The notes under the pieces: generated by a model
Told to the model about the DNA's origin: nothing
Database searches by the model: none
Seen by the model: only the letters and a program-made list of their open reading frames with translations
Assembly: GCA_900548365.1 (NCBI GenBank)
Contig: URKM01000002.1
Span: forward strand, 47,050-111,049
DNA from: an uncultured Collinsella sp.
GTDB taxonomy: Bacteria > Actinomycetota > Coriobacteriia > Coriobacteriales > Coriobacteriaceae
Direction of reading: 5' to 3'
Length of the DNA stretch: 64,000 bases
Made by a program: the position numbers and the translations under genes
In this document: positions 9,741 to 19,894 of the stretch, in pieces
Position numbering within the stretch: position 1 is the stretch's first letter
Layout: every line of letters begins with the position of its first letter

Positions 9741-10691
9741 CTACGCCTCGAAATCCACCTGGTCGATGACGTCCTTCAGCGCGGAAGCCGAGCGATGCAG
9801 CTCAGCGAGCTCGCCTTCGTCGAGGGACACGGGAACGCGGCACTCGATACCGTTGCGGCCGACGATGGTGGGCATGGAGATGGCGATATCCTCGAGGCCG
9901 TACTCGCCCACCATGAGGCTGGAAACGGGCAGGATGTGCTTCTCGTCGCGCATGATCGCGGTGCACAGACGCTTTACGGACATGGCGATGCCGTAGTAGG
10001 TGGCGTGCTTCTTGGAGATGATCTCGTAGGCGGCGTTCTTCACGTCGTCGGCGATGCGCTTCTCGGCCGCCTCGTGGTCGAAGTGGCCGCGCATCTCGCA
10101 GAAGTCGTGCAGGGGCACGCCGGAGACGTTGGCGCTCGACCAGACGGCGAGCTCGGAATCACCATGCTCGCCGATGATGTAGGCGTGCACGTTGCGCGGA
10201 TCGACGCCCAGGTGCGCGCCGAGCGCGTCCTTGAGGCGAGCGGAGTCGAGGACGGTACCGGAACCGATGACATGGCTCTCGGGAAGACCGGACATCTTGA
10301 TAGCGGCATAGGTGAGCACGTCGACCGGGTTGGAAACGATGAGCAAGATCCCCTCGAAGCCGGTCTCGCGAATCTGCGGGATGATCGACTTGAAGATGTT
10401 GACGTTCTTGTTCACCAGGTCAAGACGGGTCTCACCGGGCTTCTGGGCGGCACCCGCGGTGACCACGATGATGGCGGCGTCCGCAGCATCCTGGTAGTCG
10501 CCGGCATAGATCTTCATGGGGCTGGCGAACGGGGCGCCATGGCTGATGTCGAGCGCCTCGCCCTCGGCGCGATCGCGGTCGACGTCGATAAGGACCATCT
10601 CGCTGAACAGGCCGCTCTGCATGAGGGCGAACGCGGAGGAAGAGCCAACGAAACCGCAACCGACGATGGCGACTTTCCTATCATTAACCAT
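9741..10691 (-). CDS. ldh: L-lactate dehydrogenase
   Basis: GCGFVG, QKPGETRLDL, SNPVD, GSGTVLDSAR, IIGEHGDS. Confidence 0.96.
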   Translation of the reverse strand: MVNDRKVAIVGCGFVGSSSAFALMQSGLFSEMVLIDVDRDRAEGEALDISHGAPFASPMKIYAGDYQDAADAAIIVVTAGAAQKPGETRLDLVNKNVNIFKSIIPQIRETGFEGILLIVSNPVDVLTYAAIKMSGLPESHVIGSGTVLDSARLKDALGAHLGVDPRNVHAYIIGEHGDSELAVWSSANVSGVPLHDFCEMRGHFDHEAAEKRIADDVKNAAYEIISKKHATYYGIAMSVKRLCTAIMRDEKHILPVSSLMVGEYGLEDIAISMPTIVGRNGIECRVPVSLDEGELAELHRSASALKDVIDQVDFEA

Positions 10692-10854
10692 GGGTGTTCC
10701 CTTCTCTTTCGAAGTCCTCGACCGCCGGAGACACGCTTTCACCGCCCAGGGCTTCGCATCTGATAACAATTTCGATTGTAACGCTCGGTTACTGAAAATA
10801 AAGGTCCGTATACCGATTTTTTATTGACAGATTCATAAGGTTCTGAATCTGGTT

Positions 10855-12021
10855 CTATCCAAGGATACCAGCATCGCGAATCGCCTCGACGGCGAGCGCG
10901 AGCTTCTCGGGTGGAAGCACGAGCGCCATGCGGACATATCCCTCGCCATGAGGGCCGAAGCTCGCTCCCGGGGTCACGATCACGCCCGCCCGCTCCATGA
11001 GCTCCTCGCAAAAAGCCAGCGAATCCGTTCGGTCGCCCGGAAGCTTGCACCAGATGAACATCGAGCCGTGCGCGTTGGGGCGCTCCCAGCCGAGCGATTC
11101 GAGCCCGGAGCACAGGGCGTCGCGGCGCTCCTGATACGCCAGGCGCTGCGCCTCGACCTCGTCGAGCGGGCCCTCCAGCGCGGCGATCGCCGCCTTTTGG
11201 ATGGGCAGGAACATGCCGAAGTCGATCTGGCCGCGAAGCTTCGCGAACGCGCCCACCACGTCGGCGCGACCCACGATGAAACCGATGCGGGCACCGGTGA
11301 CGTTGAAGGACTTCGAGAGCGAGAAGAACTCGACGCCCACCTCGAGCGCCCCGGGATAGGACAGGAAGCTGCCCCCGCGCGGGCCGTCATAGGTGATGTC
11401 GGAATAGGCGTTGTCGTGCACGATCAGCAGGTCATGCGCGCGAGCGAACGCGATGATCTCCTCGTAGAGCTCCGGGGTGCCCACGGACCCCACCGGGTTG
11501 GCGGGAAGCGAGACGATCATGTACTTCGCCCGATCCGCCACCTCGGGATCGATGCCGGCGACATAGGGCAGGAAGTCATGCTCGGCGTTCAGCGGGTAGT
11601 ACGCGAGATTCGCGCCGGCTATCTTCGCGCCCGCCTCGAACACCGGGTAGCACGGATCGGGCACCAGGATGGTGTCGCCGGGATTGAGCAAGGCGAGGCC
11701 GAGATGCCCGACCCCCTCCTGCGTTCCGTTGCAGGAGGCGACCATATCGGGCGTGATCCCCTGGACGCCGAAGCGACGCTCGTAGTAATCGCACACGGCC
11801 TGCTTGAGCTCCGGAAGGTCGCGCAAGCTGTACTTCCACATATCTGGATCGTTCGCAGCTTCCGTCAACGCCGAGACCACGTGGGCGTACGGCGCGAAAT
11901 CAGGGGTTCCCACCGAGAGGTTGTAAATGGTCCGGCCCTCGGCCTCGAGCTGCAAGCGCTTATGGTTGAGGGAGGCGAAGACCTCTTCACCGAAAAGGTC
12001 GAGCTTGTCTGCAAACTGCAT
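10855..12021 (-). CDS. Class I/II PLP-dependent aminotransferase (LL-DAP aminotransferase-like)
   Basis: NLSVGTPD, PANPVG, VHDNAY, SLSKSFNVTGARIGF, PGASFG..GYVRMAL. Confidence 0.9.
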   Translation of the reverse strand: MQFADKLDLFGEEVFASLNHKRLQLEAEGRTIYNLSVGTPDFAPYAHVVSALTEAANDPDMWKYSLRDLPELKQAVCDYYERRFGVQGITPDMVASCNGTQEGVGHLGLALLNPGDTILVPDPCYPVFEAGAKIAGANLAYYPLNAEHDFLPYVAGIDPEVADRAKYMIVSLPANPVGSVGTPELYEEIIAFARAHDLLIVHDNAYSDITYDGPRGGSFLSYPGALEVGVEFFSLSKSFNVTGARIGFIVGRADVVGAFAKLRGQIDFGMFLPIQKAAIAALEGPLDEVEAQRLAYQERRDALCSGLESLGWERPNAHGSMFIWCKLPGDRTDSLAFCEELMERAGVIVTPGASFGPHGEGYVRMALVLPPEKLALAVEAIRDAGILG

Positions 12022-12250
12022 GGGAATCCTTTCTGATCTCGAACCCGTCCCGAGCAAGCCGGCGACGGCACGACGTATGAGCGGACGGCAAGCGCGGAGC
12101 CCGATGGGCGCCGAGGTGCTCGCGGGCTCGCGCCCGACCTTCATTATGCGCCTATTTACATGAAGACGCCGCCGGAGACCGGCGGCGTCTGGCAAGCGAT
12201 GCGAAGCTATGGAGCGACGGGGCCGCCAAGCGAATCGAGAACGAGACGAG

Positions 12251-13183
12251 CTAGCGAACCAGCCGGACCGAGATGCCCTGCTCGTAATCCTCGACATGTG
12301 CGAAATCACCGAGGCCCGCGCACTCGACCACGTTGGCGCCGGTCGCCATGGAGCGGCGCAGGGCGTCCTCGACGCGCTCGGGCTCTGAGGCCCAGATGGA
12401 AAGGAACGCCGCGAGCGAGGAGTCTCCCGCGCACACCGTGGAGAGAACCTTGACTTCGAACGTGCGGTTCGCGAACCACAGGTGCTCCCCATTCGAGAAA
12501 TAGGCCCCGTCTCCACCAAGCGTGAGCAGCACGTTCTTGGCACCGCGTTCATGAAGCTCGCGCATGGCGGCCTCGACGGATGCATCGTCTCCGCCCGACA
12601 CCTCGATACCGAAGATGTCTCGAAGCTCATCATCATTGGGCTTGATGAGCAGCGGCTGCAACGCGAGCAGCTCGGCGAGCTGGGGGCTGGAGATATCGAG
12701 CACGAACTCGGCGCCCTGCGCACGGACCCGTTCGATCACGCCGCGCAGGAAGCCTTCCGAGGCATTCGGCGGAAGCGAGCCGGAGATAACGAGGCAGTCG
12801 AGCCCCTCGAGCCCGTCGATCAGGTCGAACATGGCCTGCTCGTCCGCGGCATCGATGGCGGCGCCGGCGTTCACCATGTTGTACTCGGTATCGTCACCGG
12901 CATTGAGGAACACGTTGACGCGCGTGATGCCCTCGGTCCACACGGGATGGACCTCGACGCCGCGCTCGCGCGCACCCTCGACGATGAAGCGGCCGGAGAA
13001 ACCCGCGAAGAAACCGAGGATAGCCGTGGGAATCCCGAAATGGTCAAGCGTGAACGAGACGTTGAGACCCTTGCCGTTGGGCGTGTAGACGGCATTCCTG
13101 GTACGCGTGACGGTATTGGGAGCCAAACCGTCGCACGATACGTTGTAATCGATCGCGGGGTTTGCCGTAAGTGTATAGATCAT
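12251..13183 (-). CDS. 1-phosphofructokinase-family (PfkB) hexose-phosphate kinase
   Basis: IYTLTANPAIDY, GKGLNVS, SGSLP, IKPN..EL, STVCAGDS; downstream of the Fru-type PTS. Confidence 0.9.
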   Translation of the reverse strand: MIYTLTANPAIDYNVSCDGLAPNTVTRTRNAVYTPNGKGLNVSFTLDHFGIPTAILGFFAGFSGRFIVEGARERGVEVHPVWTEGITRVNVFLNAGDDTEYNMVNAGAAIDAADEQAMFDLIDGLEGLDCLVISGSLPPNASEGFLRGVIERVRAQGAEFVLDISSPQLAELLALQPLLIKPNDDELRDIFGIEVSGGDDASVEAAMRELHERGAKNVLLTLGGDGAYFSNGEHLWFANRTFEVKVLSTVCAGDSSLAAFLSIWASEPERVEDALRRSMATGANVVECAGLGDFAHVEDYEQGISVRLVR

Positions 13184-13284
13184 GAACTCCTCCTGACAAA
13201 CAGTCCGCTTCCATGATCGGAAGCTCTAGGGGCATGCCCGCCGCGGCAGCGAAACCGGGCGGGCATGCGGTACGGCTCAGCGCG

Positions 13285-15309
13285 CTAATCGAGGCGGGCG
13301 TTGATCAGCTCGGCGAGGCGAGCCGGGTCGGACTCGGCCTTAAAGGCGGCGCGGAAGGAGTCGTCGGTGAGGGCGGTCGCCACCTTGGAAAGGATCTGAA
13401 GGTGGGAGGTTCCTGCCTCGGACTCGGGAACGAGCAGGGCGATGGCGCAGGTGACGGGGGCGCCGTCGAGGGTCTCCCAGGAGGCGACGGGGCTATCGGC
13501 CTTGAGAACGAGCACGGAGGCGCGCTTCACGGCATCCGTCTTGGCATGGGGAATGGCGTATCCGTCTACCATGCCCGTGGTGCCCTCGGCCTCGCGCTTG
13601 AGGAAGGCGGCACGCAGGGCAGCGGCGTCGTCGACGATCCCCTGATCGACGGCTGCGGCGACGATAGCATCGAGCGCCGCGTCGCGATCGAGGTCGCTCG
13701 AGGCGAAGAGGACGTTCTCGGCGGAGACGAAACCATCGGCAGCTGCCTTGGGAGCGACCGCGACGGCCGTTTCCGCGGCGTTCCCAGCGACGACGGCGTC
13801 GTCAGCGGCGGAAGCGGAGCGCTGCTGCTGGGCACGCGTCCACTCGCGCTTCTTGAAGATGGTGAACAGGATGCCGCCCACGACGGTGCCGGCGAGGATA
13901 GCGAGCACCCACTGGATGCCGCCGTCGACGACGGGCAGGACCAAGAAGCCACCGTGGGGGGCGGGGACGTGGACGCCGAGCAGCAGGGTAAGGACGGAGG
14001 CGATCGCGGCGGACAGCATCATGATCGGCATGACGGGCCAGATGTTCTTGGTCATGAACGGAATGGCGCCCTCGGTGATGTGCGTGCAGCCAAGGATGAT
14101 GTTGACGATGCCGGCGTCATGGTCTTCCTGGGAGAAATACTTCTTGCCGACGATGACGGCGAAGCTCGTGACCAGCGGCGGAACGATGCAGGCAGCGGAG
14201 ACGGCGGCCATGAACGCGGTGCCGTCGGCGTACTCGGGAGTACCCACGCCCGCCTCGAGGCCGGCGCCGAGCAGCATGGTGCCGGTGACGTAGGCAGCCT
14301 TGTTGACCGGGCCGCCCATATCGACCGCGCACATGCAGCCGATGGCGATACCCAGCGGGATGGCACCGGCGTGCTGCAGGCTGCGCAGGAAGTCCATCAT
14401 GGCGTTGTTGATCGTGACCATGGGACCGGAGATGCCGAGCATCACGAGGCCGACGATGAGCGTGGAGAACAGCGGATAGAGGAAGATCGCCTTGAGGCCG
14501 TTGAGGTTGGCGGGGAGCTTGGAGAAGACCTTCTCCAGAAGCAGGATGACGTAGCCGGACAGGAAGCCGCCGACGATGCCGCCGAGGAAGCCGAAGCCCA
14601 CGCCGGCGCCGCCCGCATCGATCATGCCGGTCGCGGCGTTGACGGGCAGGCCCTGAATGGCGATCATGCCGGCCACGAAGCCGGGTACGAGCGCGGGGCG
14701 CTTGCCGATGGACTCGGCGATATAGGCGGACAGGACGGGAACCATGAGGTTCATCGCGATGCCGCCGATGATCTTGAGCATGGCGGCAAAGGAGTTGTAG
14801 TCGGCCGCCGTCGAATCGAACGAGGTGATGCCCCACAGGAACGACAGCGCCGTGAGGACGCCGCCCGCCACGACGAACACCAGCATGTGGGAAACGCCGT
14901 TCATAAGATGCTTGTAGAGCTGGTGGCCCAGGGACTCCTTCTCGGCGGTCTCCTCGACCGCGACCGCCGCGGCCGCGGCAGCCGGATCCGCCTTCGCGGC
15001 AAGCGCCGCGTCGATCAACTTGCCCGCGGCATCGACGTCGATGGCCTTCGACACGCCGACGGACACCATCGGCTTGCCCGCGAAGCGCTGGGCCTGGACG
15101 TCCTTGTCCGCTGCGACCACGACGGCGCGCGCGCCGGCGATCTCGGCAGGCGTCAGCGCGTTCTCGACGCCGACCTGGCCATGGGTCTCGACCTTGATGG
15201 TGAGGCCGCGCTCGGCCGCAGCCTTCTCGAGCGCCTCCTTCGCCATGAAGGTGTGGGCGATGCCTGTGGGGCAGCCCGTGGCAGCAATGATATCGTACGT
15301 TTCTGCCAT
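13285..15309 (-). CDS. PTS fructose-family enzyme II, domain order IIB-IIC-IIA
   Basis: CPTGIAHTFMA (IIB Cys), HLMNGVSHML and DMGGPVNKAAY (IIC), GYAIPHAK (IIA). Confidence 0.93.
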   Translation of the reverse strand: MAETYDIIAATGCPTGIAHTFMAKEALEKAAAERGLTIKVETHGQVGVENALTPAEIAGARAVVVAADKDVQAQRFAGKPMVSVGVSKAIDVDAAGKLIDAALAAKADPAAAAAAVAVEETAEKESLGHQLYKHLMNGVSHMLVFVVAGGVLTALSFLWGITSFDSTAADYNSFAAMLKIIGGIAMNLMVPVLSAYIAESIGKRPALVPGFVAGMIAIQGLPVNAATGMIDAGGAGVGFGFLGGIVGGFLSGYVILLLEKVFSKLPANLNGLKAIFLYPLFSTLIVGLVMLGISGPMVTINNAMMDFLRSLQHAGAIPLGIAIGCMCAVDMGGPVNKAAYVTGTMLLGAGLEAGVGTPEYADGTAFMAAVSAACIVPPLVTSFAVIVGKKYFSQEDHDAGIVNIILGCTHITEGAIPFMTKNIWPVMPIMMLSAAIASVLTLLLGVHVPAPHGGFLVLPVVDGGIQWVLAILAGTVVGGILFTIFKKREWTRAQQQRSASAADDAVVAGNAAETAVAVAPKAAADGFVSAENVLFASSDLDRDAALDAIVAAAVDQGIVDDAAALRAAFLKREAEGTTGMVDGYAIPHAKTDAVKRASVLVLKADSPVASWETLDGAPVTCAIALLVPESEAGTSHLQILSKVATALTDDSFRAAFKAESDPARLAELINARLD

Positions 15310-15399
15310 GATCCCTCCCTATACTCGTGCGCCCCGATCGGAGCGCTCCTACGTCCCTTATGGGGCGTTTGTTGACAACCCGAATGTACCATGTCGTAT

Positions 15400-15506
15400 T
15401 TGACAGGTTTCTTTCATGATAATCGTCCGCCGTGAAAGGTATTTCACAATCGGTGAACGGTACGAAACTTCCATTCATAGGTTTACATATGAAAGTCATT
15501 CGTCAA
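15400..15506. promoter_or_regulatory. Divergent promoter region with candidate RpiR operators
   Basis: Imperfect palindrome gtgaaa-ggta-tttcac (15432-15447), plus inverted pair ttgacaggtttctttcat (15400-15417) / atgaaagtcattcgtcaa (15489-15506). Confidence 0.5.
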
Positions 15507-15563
15507 GTAGTAGGTGATTCGGTATGCTTCTCTTGAACGAATCGAGCCGTCAAAGGAGCCTTC

Positions 15564-16448
15564 ATGTCGGGAGAAACCCACCAAGCACCTATCAACGAGC
15601 AGCCGAGCGCCCTGCCGTTGCTCACCTCGTCCCGCGATTTTCTCGGCAGCGAGCAGCGCATCGTCGACTTCATCCTCGGCAACACCGACCGCGCGCCCCA
15701 CATGACGAGCGCGCAGCTCGCGCATGCGAGCAATACCTCCGAAGCCTCCGTATCGCGCTTCTGTAAGAAGCTGGGGTTCAAGAACTACCGCGCGTTCCAG
15801 TTCTCGCTCGCACACGACCTCGCCACGCAGGCGGACGACGTGCAGATAACCCGCGAGGTCTCGATCGACGACATCGCGCAGTCGCTCGCCAACATCAAGA
15901 ACGCGAAGGTGCGCGAAATCGAATCCACCCTCGATGCGCTCGATGAGAAGACGCTCCGTCGGGTCGTCGGCCTCTTCGCCCATGCAGGGACGATCCTGTT
16001 CGCCGCCGTGGGCAACACCACGGCCGTCGCCATCGACGCCTCGATCAAATTCGGCCAGCTCGGCCTCAAGAGCATCGCGAGCACCATCACCGAGAGCTCG
16101 ACCTCGCTGGCGCTCACCCTGGGCGCCGGAGACCTCCTGGTGCTCATCTCGAATTCAGGAAAATCCCAGCGCCTCCAGCGGGTCCTGCACGCCGCGCGCA
16201 ACGGGGCGTGCACCGTCATCATCATCACGGGCGATACGACCTCTCCCCTCGCGCGCCAGTCCGACATCGTGCTGCGTACCGTGAACTACGAGGCGCTGCT
16301 CACCACGGCCGACTTCACGTTCTCGAAGATCTCCGCCACCCTCGTCATCGAGGTCATCTACAACTTCCTGCTCCCCCTCATGCCCGGAGCACGCGATGCC
16401 ATCAGCGGCTACGAGGAGCTCATCCAACCCGACAAGGAGATGGAATAG
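15564..16448 (+). CDS. RpiR/MurR-family transcriptional regulator
   Basis: HTH SEASVSRFCKKLGF plus SIS domain ISNSGKS..ITG..SPLA. Confidence 0.92.
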   Translation: MSGETHQAPINEQPSALPLLTSSRDFLGSEQRIVDFILGNTDRAPHMTSAQLAHASNTSEASVSRFCKKLGFKNYRAFQFSLAHDLATQADDVQITREVSIDDIAQSLANIKNAKVREIESTLDALDEKTLRRVVGLFAHAGTILFAAVGNTTAVAIDASIKFGQLGLKSIASTITESSTSLALTLGAGDLLVLISNSGKSQRLQRVLHAARNGACTVIIITGDTTSPLARQSDIVLRTVNYEALLTTADFTFSKISATLVIEVIYNFLLPLMPGARDAISGYEELIQPDKEME

Positions 16449-16508
16449 CGAGTTCCCCTCGACAGCGAGCTCCCTCGACAGCGAGCCCCCTCGATAGCGG
16501 GCCCACTC
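16445..16508. repeat. Degenerate ~16-bp tandem repeat, about 4 copies
   Basis: atagcgagttcccctcg / acagcgagctccctcg / acagcgagccccctcg / atagcgggcccactc. Confidence 0.8.
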
Positions 16509-16579
16509 ATCTGCTCAGACAAAAAGCGGCTGCGCCCGGGCGCCGGCATCACCGGGCGCGCGGAACGCAGCCGCTATCG

Positions 16580-18613
16580 CTATCGAAGGCTGTCGATCTC
16601 CGCCAACCAGAGCTCCGCGCTCGCATCGCTCGGCATCCGCAGGTCACCGCGGGGGCTCACGCTCACCGAGCCGACCTTGGGCCCATCGGGCAGGCAGCTC
16701 CGCTTGAACTGCTGGGAGAAGAAGCGCCGATAGAACGTGCGCAGCCAGCTCAGGATCACCGCGGGGTCGTACGCGGGCGCGCCCTCCCCCTCGTCCCGCG
16801 AGAACGTGCGGCACGCCATCCGGTAGATCTTCGACGGCGAGAATCCGAAGCGAAGCATATGGTAGAGGAAGAAGTCGTGCAGCTCGTACGGTCCGACCAG
16901 CTCCTCGGTGCACTGCGCGATCTCCCCGTCTCCCGTAGGCGGCAGCAACTCGGGCGAGACCGGGGTGTCGAGGATGTCGCGCAGCGTGCGCGCGATCTCG
17001 CCCCCGAAGGAGTCGGCGGCATAGGCGACCAGATGGCGGACGAGCGTCTTCGGCACGCTCGCGTTCACGCCGTACATGCTCATGTGATCGGCGTTGTACG
17101 TCGCCCATCCCAGCGCGAGCTCGGATAGGTCGCCGGTACCGATCACGAAGCCGCCCAGCTCGTTTGAAAGGTCCATGAGGATCTGGGTGCGCTCACGGGC
17201 CTGGGCGTTCTCATACGTCACATCGGTGAGCGCGGGGTCGTGGCCGATATCGTCGAAATGCCTGCGGACGGCATCGGCGATGGATATGGTGCGGAAATCG
17301 ACGTCGAGGTGCTCGGCAAGCCGCTCGGCGTTCGTCTTGGTCCGACCGGTGGTGCCGAAGCCGGGCATGGATACCGCGTGGATGCCTTCGCGCGGAAGGC
17401 CAAGCGCGTCGAACGCGCGCACCGTCACCAGCAGGGCGAGCGTTGAGTCGAGGCCGCCGGAAAGCCCGATCACCGCCGAAGCGGTCCCCGTATGGGCCAA
17501 GCGCGTCTTCAAGCCCGCCGCCTGCAGGTTGAAGATGGTCTCGCAACGCTCGGAGAGGTCTTGGGCGGCCGCGGGCACGAACGGCTTGCGCGGCGCGACC
17601 CGCATGGTATCGAGGGCCGAGTACATCAGGGGGCATTCGGAAACGAGCTCTCCGCCGCCAAAGGAGAACGGGACCTCCTGGCACGGCGCCGCCGTCGGAA
17701 AGGAGGCGCCCCAGGTCGTGGAGCGACGGCGCTCGGACATCAGACGGTCCAGGTCGACGTCCGCGATCGCGGCGGAGCAGGTGAAGAGGTCCGTCTTGGC
17801 GAGCAGGGAGCCGTTTTCCGCGATGAGGTTCTCACCGGAGAAGACGAGATCCGTAGTCGACTCGCCCTCGCCGGCGTTGGCGTAGACATAAGCGCAGAAG
17901 AGACGGGCGGATTGCCCGCATACCAGGTCGCGACGATAGGTCGATTTGCCGATGACCTCGCTTGAAGCGCTGGCATTCAAGATGATCGTCGCCCCGCCGC
18001 GCGTCGCCATCGATGCGCTGGGCGCAACCGGCACCCACAGGTCCTCGCAGACCTCGATGCCGATCGCGACATCGCCCAAGCCGGCATCCGAGCACCGATA
18101 GACGATGTGGGAGCCGAGCGGGACGCTTGTGCCGAGGAAGGTCACCCAGGTGACGCCGTGGGGCGCGGGGGCGAACCACCGGCGCTCGTAGAACTCGCCG
18201 TAGTTGGGAAGGCTCCCCTTCGCCGTGAGGCCCAGCAACTCGCCGGAGCAACACACCGCAACGCAGTTGTAGACCGCATCGCCCGAGGCGACCGGGAGCC
18301 CGACGGTGAACAGCATGGGCACGTCCGCCGTGTCCTCGAGCAAGCCCGCGAGCGCCACCTCGCTTGCACGAAGGAGGCTGCGGTCATGGAATAGATCCCC
18401 GCAGGTGTAGCCGGTAAGGCACAACTCGGGAAGAACGAGCGCGCGGACGCCCTCGCGCGCGGCGGCGTAGACGCATTCAAGGATGGCGGCGGCGTTGCCC
18501 ACCACATCCGCGACGCGGATCCGAGGCGTCGCGGCGGCAACGCGGAAGTAACCGTCGCCGCCGGTGCCGACGCCCGCCTTGCCGCGAGGGCCGTGGAAAT
18601 ACAGCTCGTCCAT
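16580..18613 (-). CDS. nadE: Glutamine-dependent NAD(+) synthetase
   Basis: Nitrilase domain (PELCLTGY, LPNYGEFYERRWF, EVCEDLW) plus synthetase domain (GLSGGLDST, ENAQARER, QQFKR); alternative start 18625. Confidence 0.95.
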   Translation of the reverse strand: MDELYFHGPRGKAGVGTGGDGYFRVAAATPRIRVADVVGNAAAILECVYAAAREGVRALVLPELCLTGYTCGDLFHDRSLLRASEVALAGLLEDTADVPMLFTVGLPVASGDAVYNCVAVCCSGELLGLTAKGSLPNYGEFYERRWFAPAPHGVTWVTFLGTSVPLGSHIVYRCSDAGLGDVAIGIEVCEDLWVPVAPSASMATRGGATIILNASASSEVIGKSTYRRDLVCGQSARLFCAYVYANAGEGESTTDLVFSGENLIAENGSLLAKTDLFTCSAAIADVDLDRLMSERRRSTTWGASFPTAAPCQEVPFSFGGGELVSECPLMYSALDTMRVAPRKPFVPAAAQDLSERCETIFNLQAAGLKTRLAHTGTASAVIGLSGGLDSTLALLVTVRAFDALGLPREGIHAVSMPGFGTTGRTKTNAERLAEHLDVDFRTISIADAVRRHFDDIGHDPALTDVTYENAQARERTQILMDLSNELGGFVIGTGDLSELALGWATYNADHMSMYGVNASVPKTLVRHLVAYAADSFGGEIARTLRDILDTPVSPELLPPTGDGEIAQCTEELVGPYELHDFFLYHMLRFGFSPSKIYRMACRTFSRDEGEGAPAYDPAVILSWLRTFYRRFFSQQFKRSCLPDGPKVGSVSVSPRGDLRMPSDASAELWLAEIDSLR

Positions 18614-18827
18614 GATGGCTCCCATCTCGTTGATTCGCTCATCACATTATACGCACCATACGGCACGGCGCGTGAACGGCATTCTCCACAGCCTCTCCTC
18701 GTGTGTCCTCCTTTTCTGGATACGCGCCGTCGCCCGTTCCGTTTCGGACGACGGGGTACCAAAATAGCGACACTTGCATCAAGTTCCTCGTCGGGCACGC
18801 GCCCGACATGCATAGGGGTGATCCACC

Positions 18828-19805
18828 ATGGCTTCGGAGTTCCCGAAATACACCGATCAGCAACGCACGCGCGTAGTCGAACGGGGCAGCGTGTACACGC
18901 GCCCCCGTGAGAACGCGTCGATCGGCAGCACGCAACCCATCATGAAGCAAGAGCGCCTGCTCGAGGGCATCTCGGTCCCCCAGATTCTCGCCAGTGCCGC
19001 CGCGGCGGCGACGTCCATGCTGCTCGCATCCAAGATCGGCATCGCGGGATCCGTGATCGGAGCCGCTGTGAGCTCGACGGTCACCATCATCGCCACGCAG
19101 CTCTACCGCCGAGCCCTGACCGCAGGCGCGCGAAAGCTGCAGCAGGCAAGCCACGGAGCCGCCCGGGCGAGCCTCCAAGAGACCACGAACCTCCCGGGGC
19201 GCGAAAATCCCTATGCGGGCGCCAAGGGAGCGCGCGTGGCCCCCACCAAGCTGCAGGCGCGCGCGGCCGCCCAGCGCGCCGCGACGCAGCGCAAGATCAC
19301 CATCGCCTCGATCGCGGTCGCGGCCGCGACCCTCGTCATCGTCACCGCCGCCATCCTGATGGGCACCGCCGGCGAGGGACTCGGCACGAGGCCGGCCCCC
19401 CTGCTAGCGAATTTCGCCGAGCCACCGAGCGAGGATGCATCCGATGCGGAGGCCACGCCGGATTCGACAGGCGGCCAGACCGCCCAGGCGCCGGCGGGCC
19501 AGCAGAGCGCCTCGTCCGATTCCAGCGGTGCGAGCGCTTCGGACGGCACCGGGGCAAGCAGCGGGGACCAGACGACCCAGCAGTCTCAGGGAGCGACCAG
19601 CGGCCAGCAGAACCAGAGCGCAGGCGGCGCGAACGACGGCGAGACGCTGCCGCCCGCCGACAGCTCCACGGGATCCGAGGCAGCAGGAGACGCGGCGGGA
19701 GGCAGCGGTTCGAGCGGATCGTCCACGTCAGACAGCGCCTCCGCGGATGAGCCCGCCGGCGGTTCGACCGCAGCATCGTCATCGTCGGCGTCCCTGAATT
19801 CATAG
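18828..19805 (+). CDS. Hypothetical membrane protein with a Ser/Gly/Ala/Gln-rich disordered C-terminal tail
   Basis: Hydrophobic block QILASAAAAATSMLLASKIGIAGSVIGAAVSS, a second TM segment, then low complexity; coding-type codon bias. Confidence 0.7.
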   Translation: MASEFPKYTDQQRTRVVERGSVYTRPRENASIGSTQPIMKQERLLEGISVPQILASAAAAATSMLLASKIGIAGSVIGAAVSSTVTIIATQLYRRALTAGARKLQQASHGAARASLQETTNLPGRENPYAGAKGARVAPTKLQARAAAQRAATQRKITIASIAVAAATLVIVTAAILMGTAGEGLGTRPAPLLANFAEPPSEDASDAEATPDSTGGQTAQAPAGQQSASSDSSGASASDGTGASSGDQTTQQSQGATSGQQNQSAGGANDGETLPPADSSTGSEAAGDAAGGSGSSGSSTSDSASADEPAGGSTAASSSSASLNS

Positions 19806-19894
19806 CGGCAAAGCGCGCCGTGCACAGACGAACGGACGCAGCGCCCGTCGCGCGATGGTAATATTCCTGTAGACCGATTACTAAGGAATACACC

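Noticed and set aside
10761..10795. Rex or cre operator upstream of ldh
   Set aside because: Short palindromes exist (acaat/attgt, gtaac/gttac) but do not match the Rex or cre consensus convincingly
16445..16508. Possible mini CRISPR array (also considered for 27975-28034)
   Set aside because: Repeats are directly tandem with no spacers, and no cas genes are present
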